A program made the translations under genes and the position numbers. Source: Eledone cirrhosa (Eukaryota). Taken from it: 64,000 nucleotides of DNA. Positions 14,519-26,198 of this stretch are shown here, in pieces. The stretch spans positions 18,910,001 to 18,974,000 of the forward strand of contig OZ024742.1 in the NCBI GenBank assembly GCA_964016885.1. Reading direction: 5' to 3'. The notes under the pieces are model-generated. The model ran no database searches. It worked only from the letters and a program-made list of their open reading frames with translations, and had not been told where the DNA came from. How positions within the stretch are numbered: position 1 is the stretch's first letter; every line of letters begins with the position of its first letter.

Positions 14519-15342
14519 ATATATATATGTGTGGATATATATCTTTATTATCTATTTTTTATATATATGTGTATGTGTGTATGTGTTGCGCGTGTGTGTG
14601 TGTATATATATATCTTTTTATATGTGTATGTGTATGTTCGTGTAAGTGTATGTGTGTGTATAACTGTATATGTATGTGTGTATGTGTGCATGCGTAAATA
14701 TCTCTATGTGCGCGTACATGTATGTATGTGTATATACATCTGTATGTGTATGTATATTATATTATATCTATTATATTTTATTGTTTTATTTTTTTTTTTT
14801 TATTTTTCTTAATTTATAGATACATTTATATTAGGCAGTCTGCTCAGACAATTGAATACTGACCCCTCCCCCCCCTCCCACCTAATTTCTGTATCTTGAT
14901 CTTGAAATGTGTGTGCCAGTGTTTTATGTGAGTGACTTAATTTCTATGTGCTTATGATTTTATATCCACATATATAAATGTGAGTGGGGGAGTGTGTGTG
15001 TTTGTATGTTCGTGGTTATGTGTATATTTATGCATATACGCGCATGTATGTGTGATTATACTGATATGTGTGAGTATGAAAAAATATATTTATATGCTTG
15101 ACTCCATAAGTATCAATGCGCATCTTATCAGCGCATTAAGCTTACAGAGATATTAACCTTGAAATTTTGTGTTTGCATCCATCTTTTTAGTATGCGTATA
15201 CAAATTATACACACATTTTTGTAAAATATGTGTAAGGATTTTACATGTATATACACACACCGAACTGCTTTTAACCCTTTGTGTTTTCATTGGTCAATTT
15301 TGAACTGATATTTTGAATTGTTGTTATTATCAATAAATATAC

Positions 15343-15497
15343 TTCATTATTTCTGAAGACGGCGTATATATGTGTTAGGTATGTATATTTAATCTTGATA
15401 ATTTGTATAATTTTGTATAATTTTGTACATAGATCTGTTGAATATGCATACCAATTATAACACATATATACCCTAGAAACGATCGTTAAATAATGAA
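15343..15497 (+). ncRNA. Type I hammerhead ribozyme with extended stem II (pLTR)
   Basis: TTCATTATTT-CTGAAGA-[116 nt including a perfect GTATATATGTGTTA/TAACACATATATAC helix]-GAAA-CGATCG-TT-AAATAATGAA. Confidence 0.8.
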
Positions 15498-15682
15498 CTT
15501 TTTTTGTTTAATATAAGGAATTGTTTATTCATTATTTGTTTAATATTTTATCTTGACTCTGTATACCGTTTATCTTTCACCGAAAGTGGATTTTCATTAC
15601 ATCTCTTCTTTCCATGATATCCGGAATACATTGAGTTCTTCATACGGATTGGACACTACCGTAAACTCTTGGTAGATTTATC

Positions 15683-15780
<98 letters not shown>

Positions 15781-15803
15781 TATATATATATATATATATA
15801 TTA

Positions 15804-15871
<68 letters not shown>

Positions 15872-15934
15872 ATATATATATTATATTATATATATATATA
15901 TATTATATTATATATATATATATATATATTATAT

Positions 15935-15974
<40 letters not shown>

Positions 15975-15976
<2 letters not shown>

Positions 15977-16771
15977 TAAGTTTAATTTTACTACTAATTG
16001 TGTGTGGTTGATGGTATATTTGGTCTGATTCTGTATGCTGCCGAAATGTTGGTTAAATAATGGAACGGGGCTGCCGCGAAGAGGCTTTTACGCTTTAATT
16101 TATATTTTTCATTATCGTGTCTATAGTCTGCCTTTCATAGGTTATAGATTCCATACACTGGTGGTTTTTTTCCCTGTATTATTGATAACGCACTATATAT
16201 CTCTCTCTGGTGTGTTACCTTCTCAACATATTATATTTTAAAGGGCTCAGGATCTCTTCCCCTTTGAGCACATTATTTACAGGGAATAACGACGGCCTAT
16301 GCCTCCGTTAATTTATCGTGATATTTCGCTCCTAACAACATTCTTTCCCAGCTCTGTTTGGTTGAGCACACTTCTCTGAGTGGCTTTGGGCTGCCCTTTC
16401 TAGCAGTTCGTCTCTCAGAGGCCACTGGTTCACTGCCCTTAAACACGCTGTGACTTCTCTCTCCCACGTGTAGCTGGACAGTCAATTGTAAAATTCTCTT
16501 AGTGTTGTCTGAAATGTATGGCCTTACACACGCTGATGAACCGAGACTAGACCATTTCTTTCAACAATTTTTTGGTGAAACATATCTTTGGATTTGTACG
16601 TGTGTTATATAGTTATAGAGGTATTTATTTACGCTTTAATTTATATTTTTAATTATCGTGTCTATAGTCTGCCTTTCATAGGTTATAGATTCCATACACT
16701 GGTGGGTTTTTCCCTGTATTATTGATAACGCACTATATATCTCTCTCTGGTGTGTTACCTTCTCAACATAT

Positions 16772-16775
<4 letters not shown>
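15975..16775 (+). mobile_element. Non-coding pLTR/retrozyme-like element with a ~145-bp terminal direct repeat, flanked by (TA)n
   Basis: 16088-16235 is repeated at 16629-16775 with a hammerhead in between. Confidence 0.7.
16526..16605 (+). ncRNA. Type I hammerhead ribozyme
   Basis: ACACACG-CTGATGA-ACC...GGT-GAAA-CATATC(TTTG)GATTTG-TA-CGTGTGT. Confidence 0.8.
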
Positions 16776-16839
<64 letters not shown>

Positions 16840-16851
16840 ATTATATATATA

Positions 16852-16883
<32 letters not shown>

Positions 16884-17179
16884 TATATTTATATATATAT
16901 ATTTATATATATATTATATATATATATATATATATTATGTTTATATATATATATTTATATATATATATATATATATTATATTGATAAGCTAAAATTCCTT
17001 TAGTCAAAAATGCGGTGAAACCTATATATTTTCTAATTTCAAACTCGCTCACTCTTTCAAAACATACTTACTATATATATTTTTATATATATATTATATA
17101 TATATATATTATATATTATATTTATATATATATATTTATATATATATATTTATATATATATATTTATATATATATATAT

Positions 17180-17217
<38 letters not shown>

Positions 17218-17241
17218 TATATATATATATTATATATTATA

Positions 17242-17282
<41 letters not shown>

Positions 17283-17311
17283 TTATATATATATATATTA
17301 TATATTAGATA

Positions 17312-17343
<32 letters not shown>

Positions 17344-17465
17344 TAGATATATATATTTATATATATATATATTATATATTATATTTATATATATATATTT
17401 ATATATATATATTATATATTATATATATATATTATATATATATATTATATATTATATATATATAT

Positions 17466-17497
<32 letters not shown>

Positions 17498-17577
17498 ATT
17501 TATATATATATATATTATATATTATATATTATATTTATATATATATATTTATATATATATATATTATATATTATATA

Positions 17578-17656
<79 letters not shown>

Positions 17657-17679
17657 ATATATTATATTTATATATATTG

Positions 17680-17812
17680 GGATTATACTAAGGTATATCC
17701 TAATGTTTGTTGAGTGAGATGGTAGCCAGTCAGAGTTTAGCTTAAAGCTATCTCTGTTATTGTATTAAATATACATTATATATATATATATATATTATAT
17801 ATATATATTATA

Positions 17813-17908
<96 letters not shown>

Positions 17909-18460
17909 ATATATATATATTATATATATATATTATATATATATATTAAATATATATATTATATATATATATTATATATATATATATTATATATATATAT
18001 TATATATATTATATATATATATATATATATTAGATATATATATTATATATATATTATATATATATTTTATATATATATATTATATATATATTATATATAT
18101 ATTATATATATATATATTATATATATATATTATATTTATATATTATATATATATATTATATATATATATATTATATATATATATATTATATATATATATT
18201 ATATATATTATATATATATTATATATATATATTATATATATATATATTATATATATTATATATATATATATTATATATATATATAATATATATATATAAA
18301 ATATATATATAATATATATATAATATATATATCTAATATATATATATATATATATAATATATATAATATATATATATAATATATATATATATAATATATA
18401 TATATAATATATATATTTAATATATATATATAATTTATATATATAATATATATATATAAT

Positions 18461-18559
<99 letters not shown>

Positions 18560-18682
18560 TATAATATATATATATAATATATATATATATATATAATGTA
18601 TATTTAATACAATAACAGAGATAGCTTTAAGCTAAACTCTGACTGGCTACCATCTCACTCAACAAACATTAGGATATACCTA
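17680..18682. repeat. Short terminal fragment in inverted orientation around a (TA)n tract (17695-17775 +, 18595-18682 -); third copy at 32965-33035
   Basis: TAATGTTTGTTGAGTGAGATGGTAGCCAGTCAGAGTTTAGCTTAAAGCTATCTCTGTTATTGTATTAA followed by (TA)n. Confidence 0.75.
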
Positions 18683-18918
18683 ATGTGAAGGCGTGTGGCT
18701 GAGTGGTTAGAGAATTGGATTCGCAATCGTAAGGTTGTGAGTTCGATTCCTGGACCAGGCGATGCGTTATGTCCTTGAGCAAGACACTTTATTTCACGTT
18801 GCTCCTTCTACCTGGAGTTGCGACCGATAGATAGTATTAGCAATTGGAAAGACCAATGGAAACATTGTTTCCTCGGTCCGATTTGACGAAAGTCGATCGA
18901 TTAAAATAAAAAAAAAAA
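18683..18918 (+). mobile_element. tRNA-derived SINE (second family) with structured 3' tail and A-rich end
   Basis: A box TGGCTGAGTGG and B box GTTCGATTCC; homolog at 29492-29723 (-). Confidence 0.8.
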
Positions 18919-19389
18919 TATATATATATTATATATATTATATATATATATATTATATATATATATTTTATATTATATATTATATATTATATATATATAT
19001 TATATATTATATATATATATATTATATATATATATATATTATATATATATATTATATATTATATATATATATATATTATATATTATATATATATATATAT
19101 TATATATTATATATATATATATATTATATATTATATATATATTATATATTATATATATATATATATATTATATATATATATTATATATTATATATATATA
19201 TTATATATTATATATACATATATATTATATATTATATATATATATATATATTATATATTATATATATATATATATATTATATATATTATATATATATATA
19301 TTATATATATATAAATATATATAAAATAAAGTTAAATAAAAAGTCAAATGTTTTAAATTTAGCTTCGTTTATTACTGCTATATATATTT

Positions 19390-21540
19390 CAGTGGTCCCT
19401 CGGGAAGTATTTCTCAAGTGCTCCAAAGAATGTTCGGGCCAAGCTGTTCTTTAGGGCCGCTGAGTAGGGTGGGTTGTACCACGTGATTTTTCGACCACAG
19501 ATACCACAGGATCTTCAACAGACACACTGTGAAGCTCTCGTATTCCATCACGAGAAATCTGGCCCAACACATAGCTAGCATCAACAGAAGTAGGCTTAAA
19601 AACCACACACAACCAGAGGATGGCAATACAAACACTCAGCAGAACCATGTGAAAGGAGGGAAGGGGGACCCAGAGCCCACCCAAGAAACCCAAACAGACC
19701 CGGGGAGCCCCCACTGAGCCTGGGGGAAGACCAACACGTAACACATAACGGAAACCATAATCTAGGCACGCAGAGGCCGACCACCCTCTGCAACTGCAGA
19801 AACCCCGAATCATGCCCCCTTGGTAATGAATGCCTCAAGAAGAACCTAGTACACCGAACACCTCTACATAGGAGCCACATCAACGAGCTTTAAAGACCGC
19901 TGGTACAACCATCGCCATTCATTCAATAAGGAGGCCAAAAGAAAAAGCACGGCTCTCTGCGACCTGATCTGGAAGCTTAAGCTGGACAGGACCCCATACT
20001 CTCTGGCCTGGTACATAATCAGGAAAGTACCACCGGATTAAGAGGGATCTTGCATATGCAAACTATGCCTGAACGAGACCCTCGAGATACTAAGAGGTGG
20101 AAGCGGCCTGATAAACCTCAGAACCGACTTCTTCGGGACATGCAGACACCTTAGAGCCGGGACCTTTCTCAAGATATATGGACAGTAGCAACACAAGAAG
20201 ATGTGAACTCCCCTCAAGCTATAGGGACTTCTACAGAACATGGAAACACCTCTCGGCCAGACCTCCCTCAAGCTATATGGGCAGTAACAACACCCTAGGT
20301 TGTGAACTCCCCTCAAGCCATAGAGAACAGCCCAGGCGGAGCAGACACCATGATAGCCTAGAGATTGAATCGGACACAGCCATTATAATTTGGCCAACAT
20401 CTATATAACACAAACACTTTTTAATTTACTAGATTTCTGATTTTCAAGTTCCAATTTCTCTTTATTAATTTGTTATTTGTTTTCTGCCCTCTTCACTGTA
20501 TCACCTTATATTTATTTTTAAGTTCAGATTGATTATAACACAAACACATTTAGTTTGATTATCTTATTTTAACATCTTGTCCTCATACCAATCTATCCAA
20601 CATATTTCTGACCTTGAGATTGGTTATAGCACACACACTTTATCCTACATTATTTTTCACTTCTCCATATTTATTTTCATTACTTTTCACCAATTTTTCA
20701 TTTATTCTTTATTCTTTATTCTCTATTTATTTATTTTCAAATTATACAAATTATATTAATTATGAAGCCTCATTCTTATAGCCTGGTCTATTAGATTTTT
20801 TATATGGTTAATTATGCTAATTGGGTGAGGAAATAGTATATATTTTATCTTGTGATTCTATAGACATGTTTTATGATATATAGCTCTGATTGTTTAATTT
20901 ATTAATTTTTCATTGAGCCACAAAGTGACCAGTTGCAAAACACGTATATGTATATGTATGTATATATATATGTAAACTTTTATATGTAATAATCTCCCAT
21001 TAGGTTGAGATACAAATTTGACTGTATTGTGCTGTGCTTTCTAACAAAAATGCCACCAGTCGTAAGCAACTACTACACCCCTTCCAACCTGACCGCGACT
21101 ACGTCACGATTTTTAGCCATTTTGAAATGAATTTCTTGGCGCGATCACTTTGGAAAATTTAGTGTCTAGATAAGAGCGAGCTTCCTGATGAATCCGGCGC
21201 TCGAGTTTATATAATTATTACATAATTATTGGAAAACTCAAAATACGGACGAAACCATGGTAGAGGTATTTAAATGTATTCTATTTTCTCCTAGTTTATT
21301 TTACACCTAATTCTGTTTAGTTGACTATATCTAGGTGATTACGCTGTCGAAATATTCGATAAATATTCCGCTACGGCCGACGCGAAGCGCTATTTTCGGT
21401 TATTTGTCGGAGATTTCTTCATAGAAGCCTCATTCTTATAGCCTGGTCTATTCGATTTTTTATATGGTTAATTATGCTAATTGGGAGAGGAAATAGTATA
21501 TATTTTATCTTGTGATTCTATAGACATGTTTTATGATATA
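19390..21540 (+). mobile_element. Decayed 5'-truncated Naiad-type Penelope-like element (GC-richer family)
   Basis: Broken frames HRYHRIFNRHTVKLSYS, CNCRNPESCPLGNECL and YIGATSTSFKDRWYNHRHSF...CKLCLNE..LINLR..C.H; terminal direct repeat 20764-20880 / 21424-21540; hammerhead present. Confidence 0.85.
21180..21267 (+). ncRNA. Type I hammerhead ribozyme (pLTR)
   Basis: GCTTC-CTGATGA-aTCCG...CGGAc-GAAA-CCATGG-TA-GAGGT; palindromic stem III; stem I contains G-U pairs. Confidence 0.75.
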
Positions 21541-22092
21541 TATATATATATACTCTGCTATATTAAAATCTAAAATCTAAGGTAGCTCGTTTTAGAAATC
21601 TAGAACACTAAAGTTGTATATGTGTATGTGTTGTATAGGCCAACAAAAGAGTGACTATGGAATACCAGCCAAATCTCGACGTGCTAGAAATATCAGCCAA
21701 ATCACCTTCAAATCATATACCACTGTCTAAATACTTTTGAATGTTGGGGATTGCAGCAAAGACAATACCAACTTCCCTTCACTATTTAATTAAAAGACAG
21801 AATTTTATTTTCAAAAGATAAGTAAATATGAGAAAGAAAGATAAAAGCAAAGTTAAGTAACGAGAAAATTGGAAAGGGGTAAGGAAGGGCAGATCTGGCT
21901 TTATGGGAAAAGTAGTGGAAAGGACTATGAAAGCTATAAATGAGAGGGAAGGGAGGGGAAAATTAGTACTGATTCTATATTGGCTCATGCATTACAGTCA
22001 CCCCTGTAACGTTTTTGTAAAAACATACGTTTGGATTTCCAATACGGCACCTCTTAACTTATCTGGTTTTCTGCCTGTGTTTAAGACATATG

Positions 22093-22240
22093 GTATATTG
22101 TACATCACATTAACTAAAACAGTGAGGTGTACAAGATTAATTAAAACAGTGAGGTGTACAAGATTAAAGGCTGGTATAAGATTACTACCTGGTATATTGT
22201 ACATCACGTAACTAACACAGTGAGGTGTACAAGATTAAAG
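22093..22240. repeat. Short local duplications of AACAGTGAGGTGTACAAGATTAA (3 copies)
   Basis: Visible direct repeats near 22117, 22145 and 22215. Confidence 0.7.
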
Positions 22241-22788
22241 ACTGAGTAACTAACTGGCTTAAAAGCAATTCGCTTCACTTTAGTTCATTCTAAAACTTTT
22301 CGATCAATGTTAAATGTTGCCTGTGTTCCAATAAAAACCGTTATAAACATTGTGAACATTTACACGATGATAAAACAACTTTTCTTCATAAAGGTACACA
22401 TACATATACACATATTTGCATACAAACACACACACACATTATATATATATATTACTTTATGAATAGGATATAAATAGGAGCTTGTTTGTAGATCTATTCT
22501 GACCAGACATCACCCTCATTCTCTTCAATGTGATACAAGTAGAGCTAAGTAGATTTTCAGCTTTCGATTTCCGGACATTAGAAAACCATTCTTGAAGTAG
22601 TATTATCTTAGACTTATCACATTTACGCAAACATACACACATGGACACACATCCAAAGCTACGGAATACACACGCACTCACATAAACATGCGCACAGAAA
22701 TTATACATATACACATTTGCACACAACTGTATCAAGTGCATAAATACCTATGTATCAATCAATCTCCGCCATCACTCTCTCTTTCTCT

Positions 22789-22840
<52 letters not shown>

Positions 22841-22966
22841 ACAGAGATTATATATATATATATGTGTGTGTGTCCAGAGATTATATATATATATATATGT
22901 GTGTGTGTCCAGAGATTATATATATATATATGTGTACAGAGATTATATATATATATATGTACAGAG

Positions 22967-23044
<78 letters not shown>

Positions 23045-23489
23045 TATCACATATATGCACTATATATATATATATATATAATACATATATGCAGAGAGAG
23101 GCGGGGGGGGGGAGATCCTTTTGAACACAAACTTTAAATGTTTATTCATAGAGAACGCAATTTATATAACAAATCAAATATTAAATTCTTTTTGTTTTTA
23201 CTTCCGCTATTCAAAATATAATAGTAGAATAGTTTAACTCTTTTCAAACATTTCGTGAACTTCCATCTAATTCTTCACACTGTATATCTTAAGTTTCCAA
23301 ACTTAACTGAAATCTGAACATTTTATTTCCTTCAGTTCTAGGTATAGTATAATAGGTTGTGGAAAGAGGTTGAAACAGTTCAGCTTACAGTTGGGAATTT
23401 ATCTCTTAAATATATCCACTCTGTAACTCATCAGCCATTGAATACTACCCACACACTGTCTACTCTCTATGTTGTTGTTGTTGTTACAG

Positions 23490-23711
23490 TTCACACCTAT
23501 GCAGGTTTAGCTGGCCTCCTCCAAGGTATATCTCGTTGGAGGTGTCTTGGATGATTTAATGATTGAGACCCCAGTCCTATCATCTCATTTCTACAGCTGA
23601 GTAAACTGGAGCAATGTGAAATAAAGTGTCTTGCTCAAGGAAACAACACATCACCCGGTCCGTTTCCATTGCAAGACCAATGCTCTAACCACTAAGCCAT
23701 GCGCCTTCACA
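23490..23711 (-). mobile_element. tRNA-derived SINE copy (related copy at 63520-63780 -)
   Basis: Minus strand reads TGTGAAGGCGCATGGCTTAGTGGTTAGAG...CTTGAGCAAGACACTTTATTTCACATTGCTCC. Confidence 0.7.
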
Positions 23712-25204
23712 TTCACTCTCTATGTATGTATGTATGTATGCAGGGACGGTGGAAACATGTCTGAATTGGGGGGGGGGGGCAACATTTGGTTAATTTAGTT
23801 GTAGTGATTAGTTTAGCTAATTAGTTTCGATATGCGATAGCTATAAGATGTACATAAATTGTAGCGTATATACAAATAGATATGTGTGTTTGGTAGTTTG
23901 GGGAGAAAAATATAATTATATGGGGGGAGGGGGGAGTATGGTATGTATGTCTAGTTGGATGCATTAATGTTTATATGGATGTATGTTCGTATGTATTATT
24001 GTACATCTGTGTGTGTGTGTGTGTAAGCTGGGCGTCGTAGGTGCAACATCAACAGACAATATATTTCGACCCTCACAATACACGTAATCTGTCAATAAGA
24101 ACTGATCACTTTTGTTATAAAATGTGTTTATGGATTCCGATTTCTGCTTCCTGTGTTGAAATACCGCAGACATAAATTTGTCGTCCATCCTTTTGATGTC
24201 GATGACAAATAATGTACCAGACCTATACTGAAGTCGATTTTTCCTCTTGATACCTTTGTCAATTCCACTCTCTCTCTCCTCTCTCTTTCCACTTCATTCT
24301 CATTCTCTTTCCTCCTACTCTCTCTTTCTCTTTCCTCCCTCTCTCTCCTCTCTCATCATGAAGAAATCTGATGTGTTCAGCTAGGTTGAAAATGATAATG
24401 ACACTCTGTATGTCACTATGGCGCCCCTACGACTCTACCAGGGGTTAAAGATACCTACATACATGCATTATGGTAATTATCATCTTTCATAATGATTCCA
24501 ATTCTAAGAGATAAAGTACATGTGTTACGTGATAGATCAAGCTAAAACATTTCCCTATATTCATTATTTCAATGTTGTATCGTAGAAAATTTACTAATTT
24601 CTGATTTGAGTATAACGCTGGTAGATTCCTATCTGTAACGGAATAAACATTTGTGGTTTAAGTTATTTACATATAAATCCTCTCTGCGAAGATAGCTTTG
24701 GATAGCATATCTTCATAAGCGAACATATTCATGTTCTAATATGTGTGTCTACATTTATCAACGAATTCGAGAAGTTCTTTCATAACATAAATATTTATCA
24801 TTGAAATGTGGTTTAAGACATACATCTGACATTTCAGTGAAATTCAGAGTTGAATGTTTCCATCTATGATAAACATTTATTCATATTTATCATCATGGAA
24901 TATGATCGCATTCACTTTTGTTAATGGATTTAAAAGAAGCAAACGAAAGATATATTTTACACAGAAGATAATTATGATTATACAAACTGACATATATGCA
25001 TGTAAAGAATTTAGTTAAGTGCATATGTTGAACGAATAGTAAATATGGTAGACATTGATTTACGTTGATATTTCATGGATAAAGAATTTTTTCGAATCCT
25101 GATTACATTGAAAATCAGATATTGGGGAAAATATATACTTTGAAGGGATTTCAAAGCCTGTCTGGTTTTAAATGTTTTATTTGCATATATATATATATAT
25201 ATAA

Positions 25205-26062
25205 ATGGAAAAGAATGAAACGAAATTTCATTTCTCACTCTTATTACGACTGATACCTAAATATAAGTATGTATACGTACATAGATATATGTGTACAGGC
25301 GTACAGTAGTATGTATACATATACATACATGCACACACATATACATGTACATATGGGTTTACCGAACATTTATTATAATGTTAGGTTTGTTTGTAAACAA
25401 ACAACCCGAATTACGCCGTACAGTGCTCGGCAACCTTCGTCGCCCTTTTGTTCAACACTGACGCAGGAAGGATGTACTAGCAATTTTGATGCTTGCCCTG
25501 GGCGCCGTTTACCCTAGCTACGCCACTGTCTATACTTACATACATATATGTGTACAGACGTACAGTAGTATGTATATATATACATACTACTGTAGTCTGT
25601 ACACATATATGTATGTACGTATACATACTTATATTTAGGTATCAGCCGTACCAAGAGTGAGAAATGAAATTTCGTTTCATTATTTTCTATCTATCGTTTT
25701 CAGTGAGCCCGGCCGACTAACTCACTCGATATCCAAATTAGGCTGCTCAGCCGTTAATATGCATAAAGAAAGTATATATTTTCAAACGTTCAATCATCTG
25801 ACAGAAAGGTATACGATGCTGACGATAGCTAATAAGCTTGAAACTAGTACAGCGTTCCTTTGTCAGGGTTGAACAAATGAGCAACGATGGTTGCTAGACA
25901 CTGTACGGCTTAATTGTTTGTTTACAAGCACATCGAGCATTATAATAAATGTTCGGTGAATCCATACGTACATATATATATGTGTGCATGTATGTATATA
26001 TATATATACATACTACTGTACGTCTGTATACATATATGTATGTACCTATACATACTTATATA
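25205..26062 (+). mobile_element. Retrozyme-like element of ~430-bp unit with terminal redundancy and an inverted partial copy at 25205-25405
   Basis: 25580-25635 is repeated at ~26007-26062; 25205-25405 is the reverse complement of unit sequence; contains a hammerhead; ends in (TA)n. Confidence 0.7.
25813..25855 (+). ncRNA. Minimal type I hammerhead ribozyme
   Basis: ACGATG-CTGACGA-tAGCT(AATA)AGCTt-GAAA-CTAG-TA-CAGCGT. Confidence 0.75.
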
Positions 26063-26140
26063 TATATACATATATTTTATATATACATATATATACATAT
26101 ATATATATATACATATATATATATACATATATATATATAC

Positions 26141-26195
<55 letters not shown>

Positions 26196-26198
26196 CAT

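Larger units (their letters stand above)
11223..15687 (+). mobile_element. 5'-truncated Naiad-type Penelope-like element with a ~4-kb microsatellite-rich 3' region
   Basis: GIY-YIG ORF end, hammerhead near the 3' end, terminus GGTAGATTTATCTACAT abutting (AT)n; colinear homolog at 42611-47157. Confidence 0.88.

Noticed and set aside
18690-18760. tRNA gene
   Set aside because: A and B boxes are present but the sequence continues into a repeated SINE body; no proper acceptor stem was seen.
23964-24260. Minus-strand open frame as a host exon (also 22457-22625 and 34452-34640)
   Set aside because: No convincing paired splice sites or recognisable homology.
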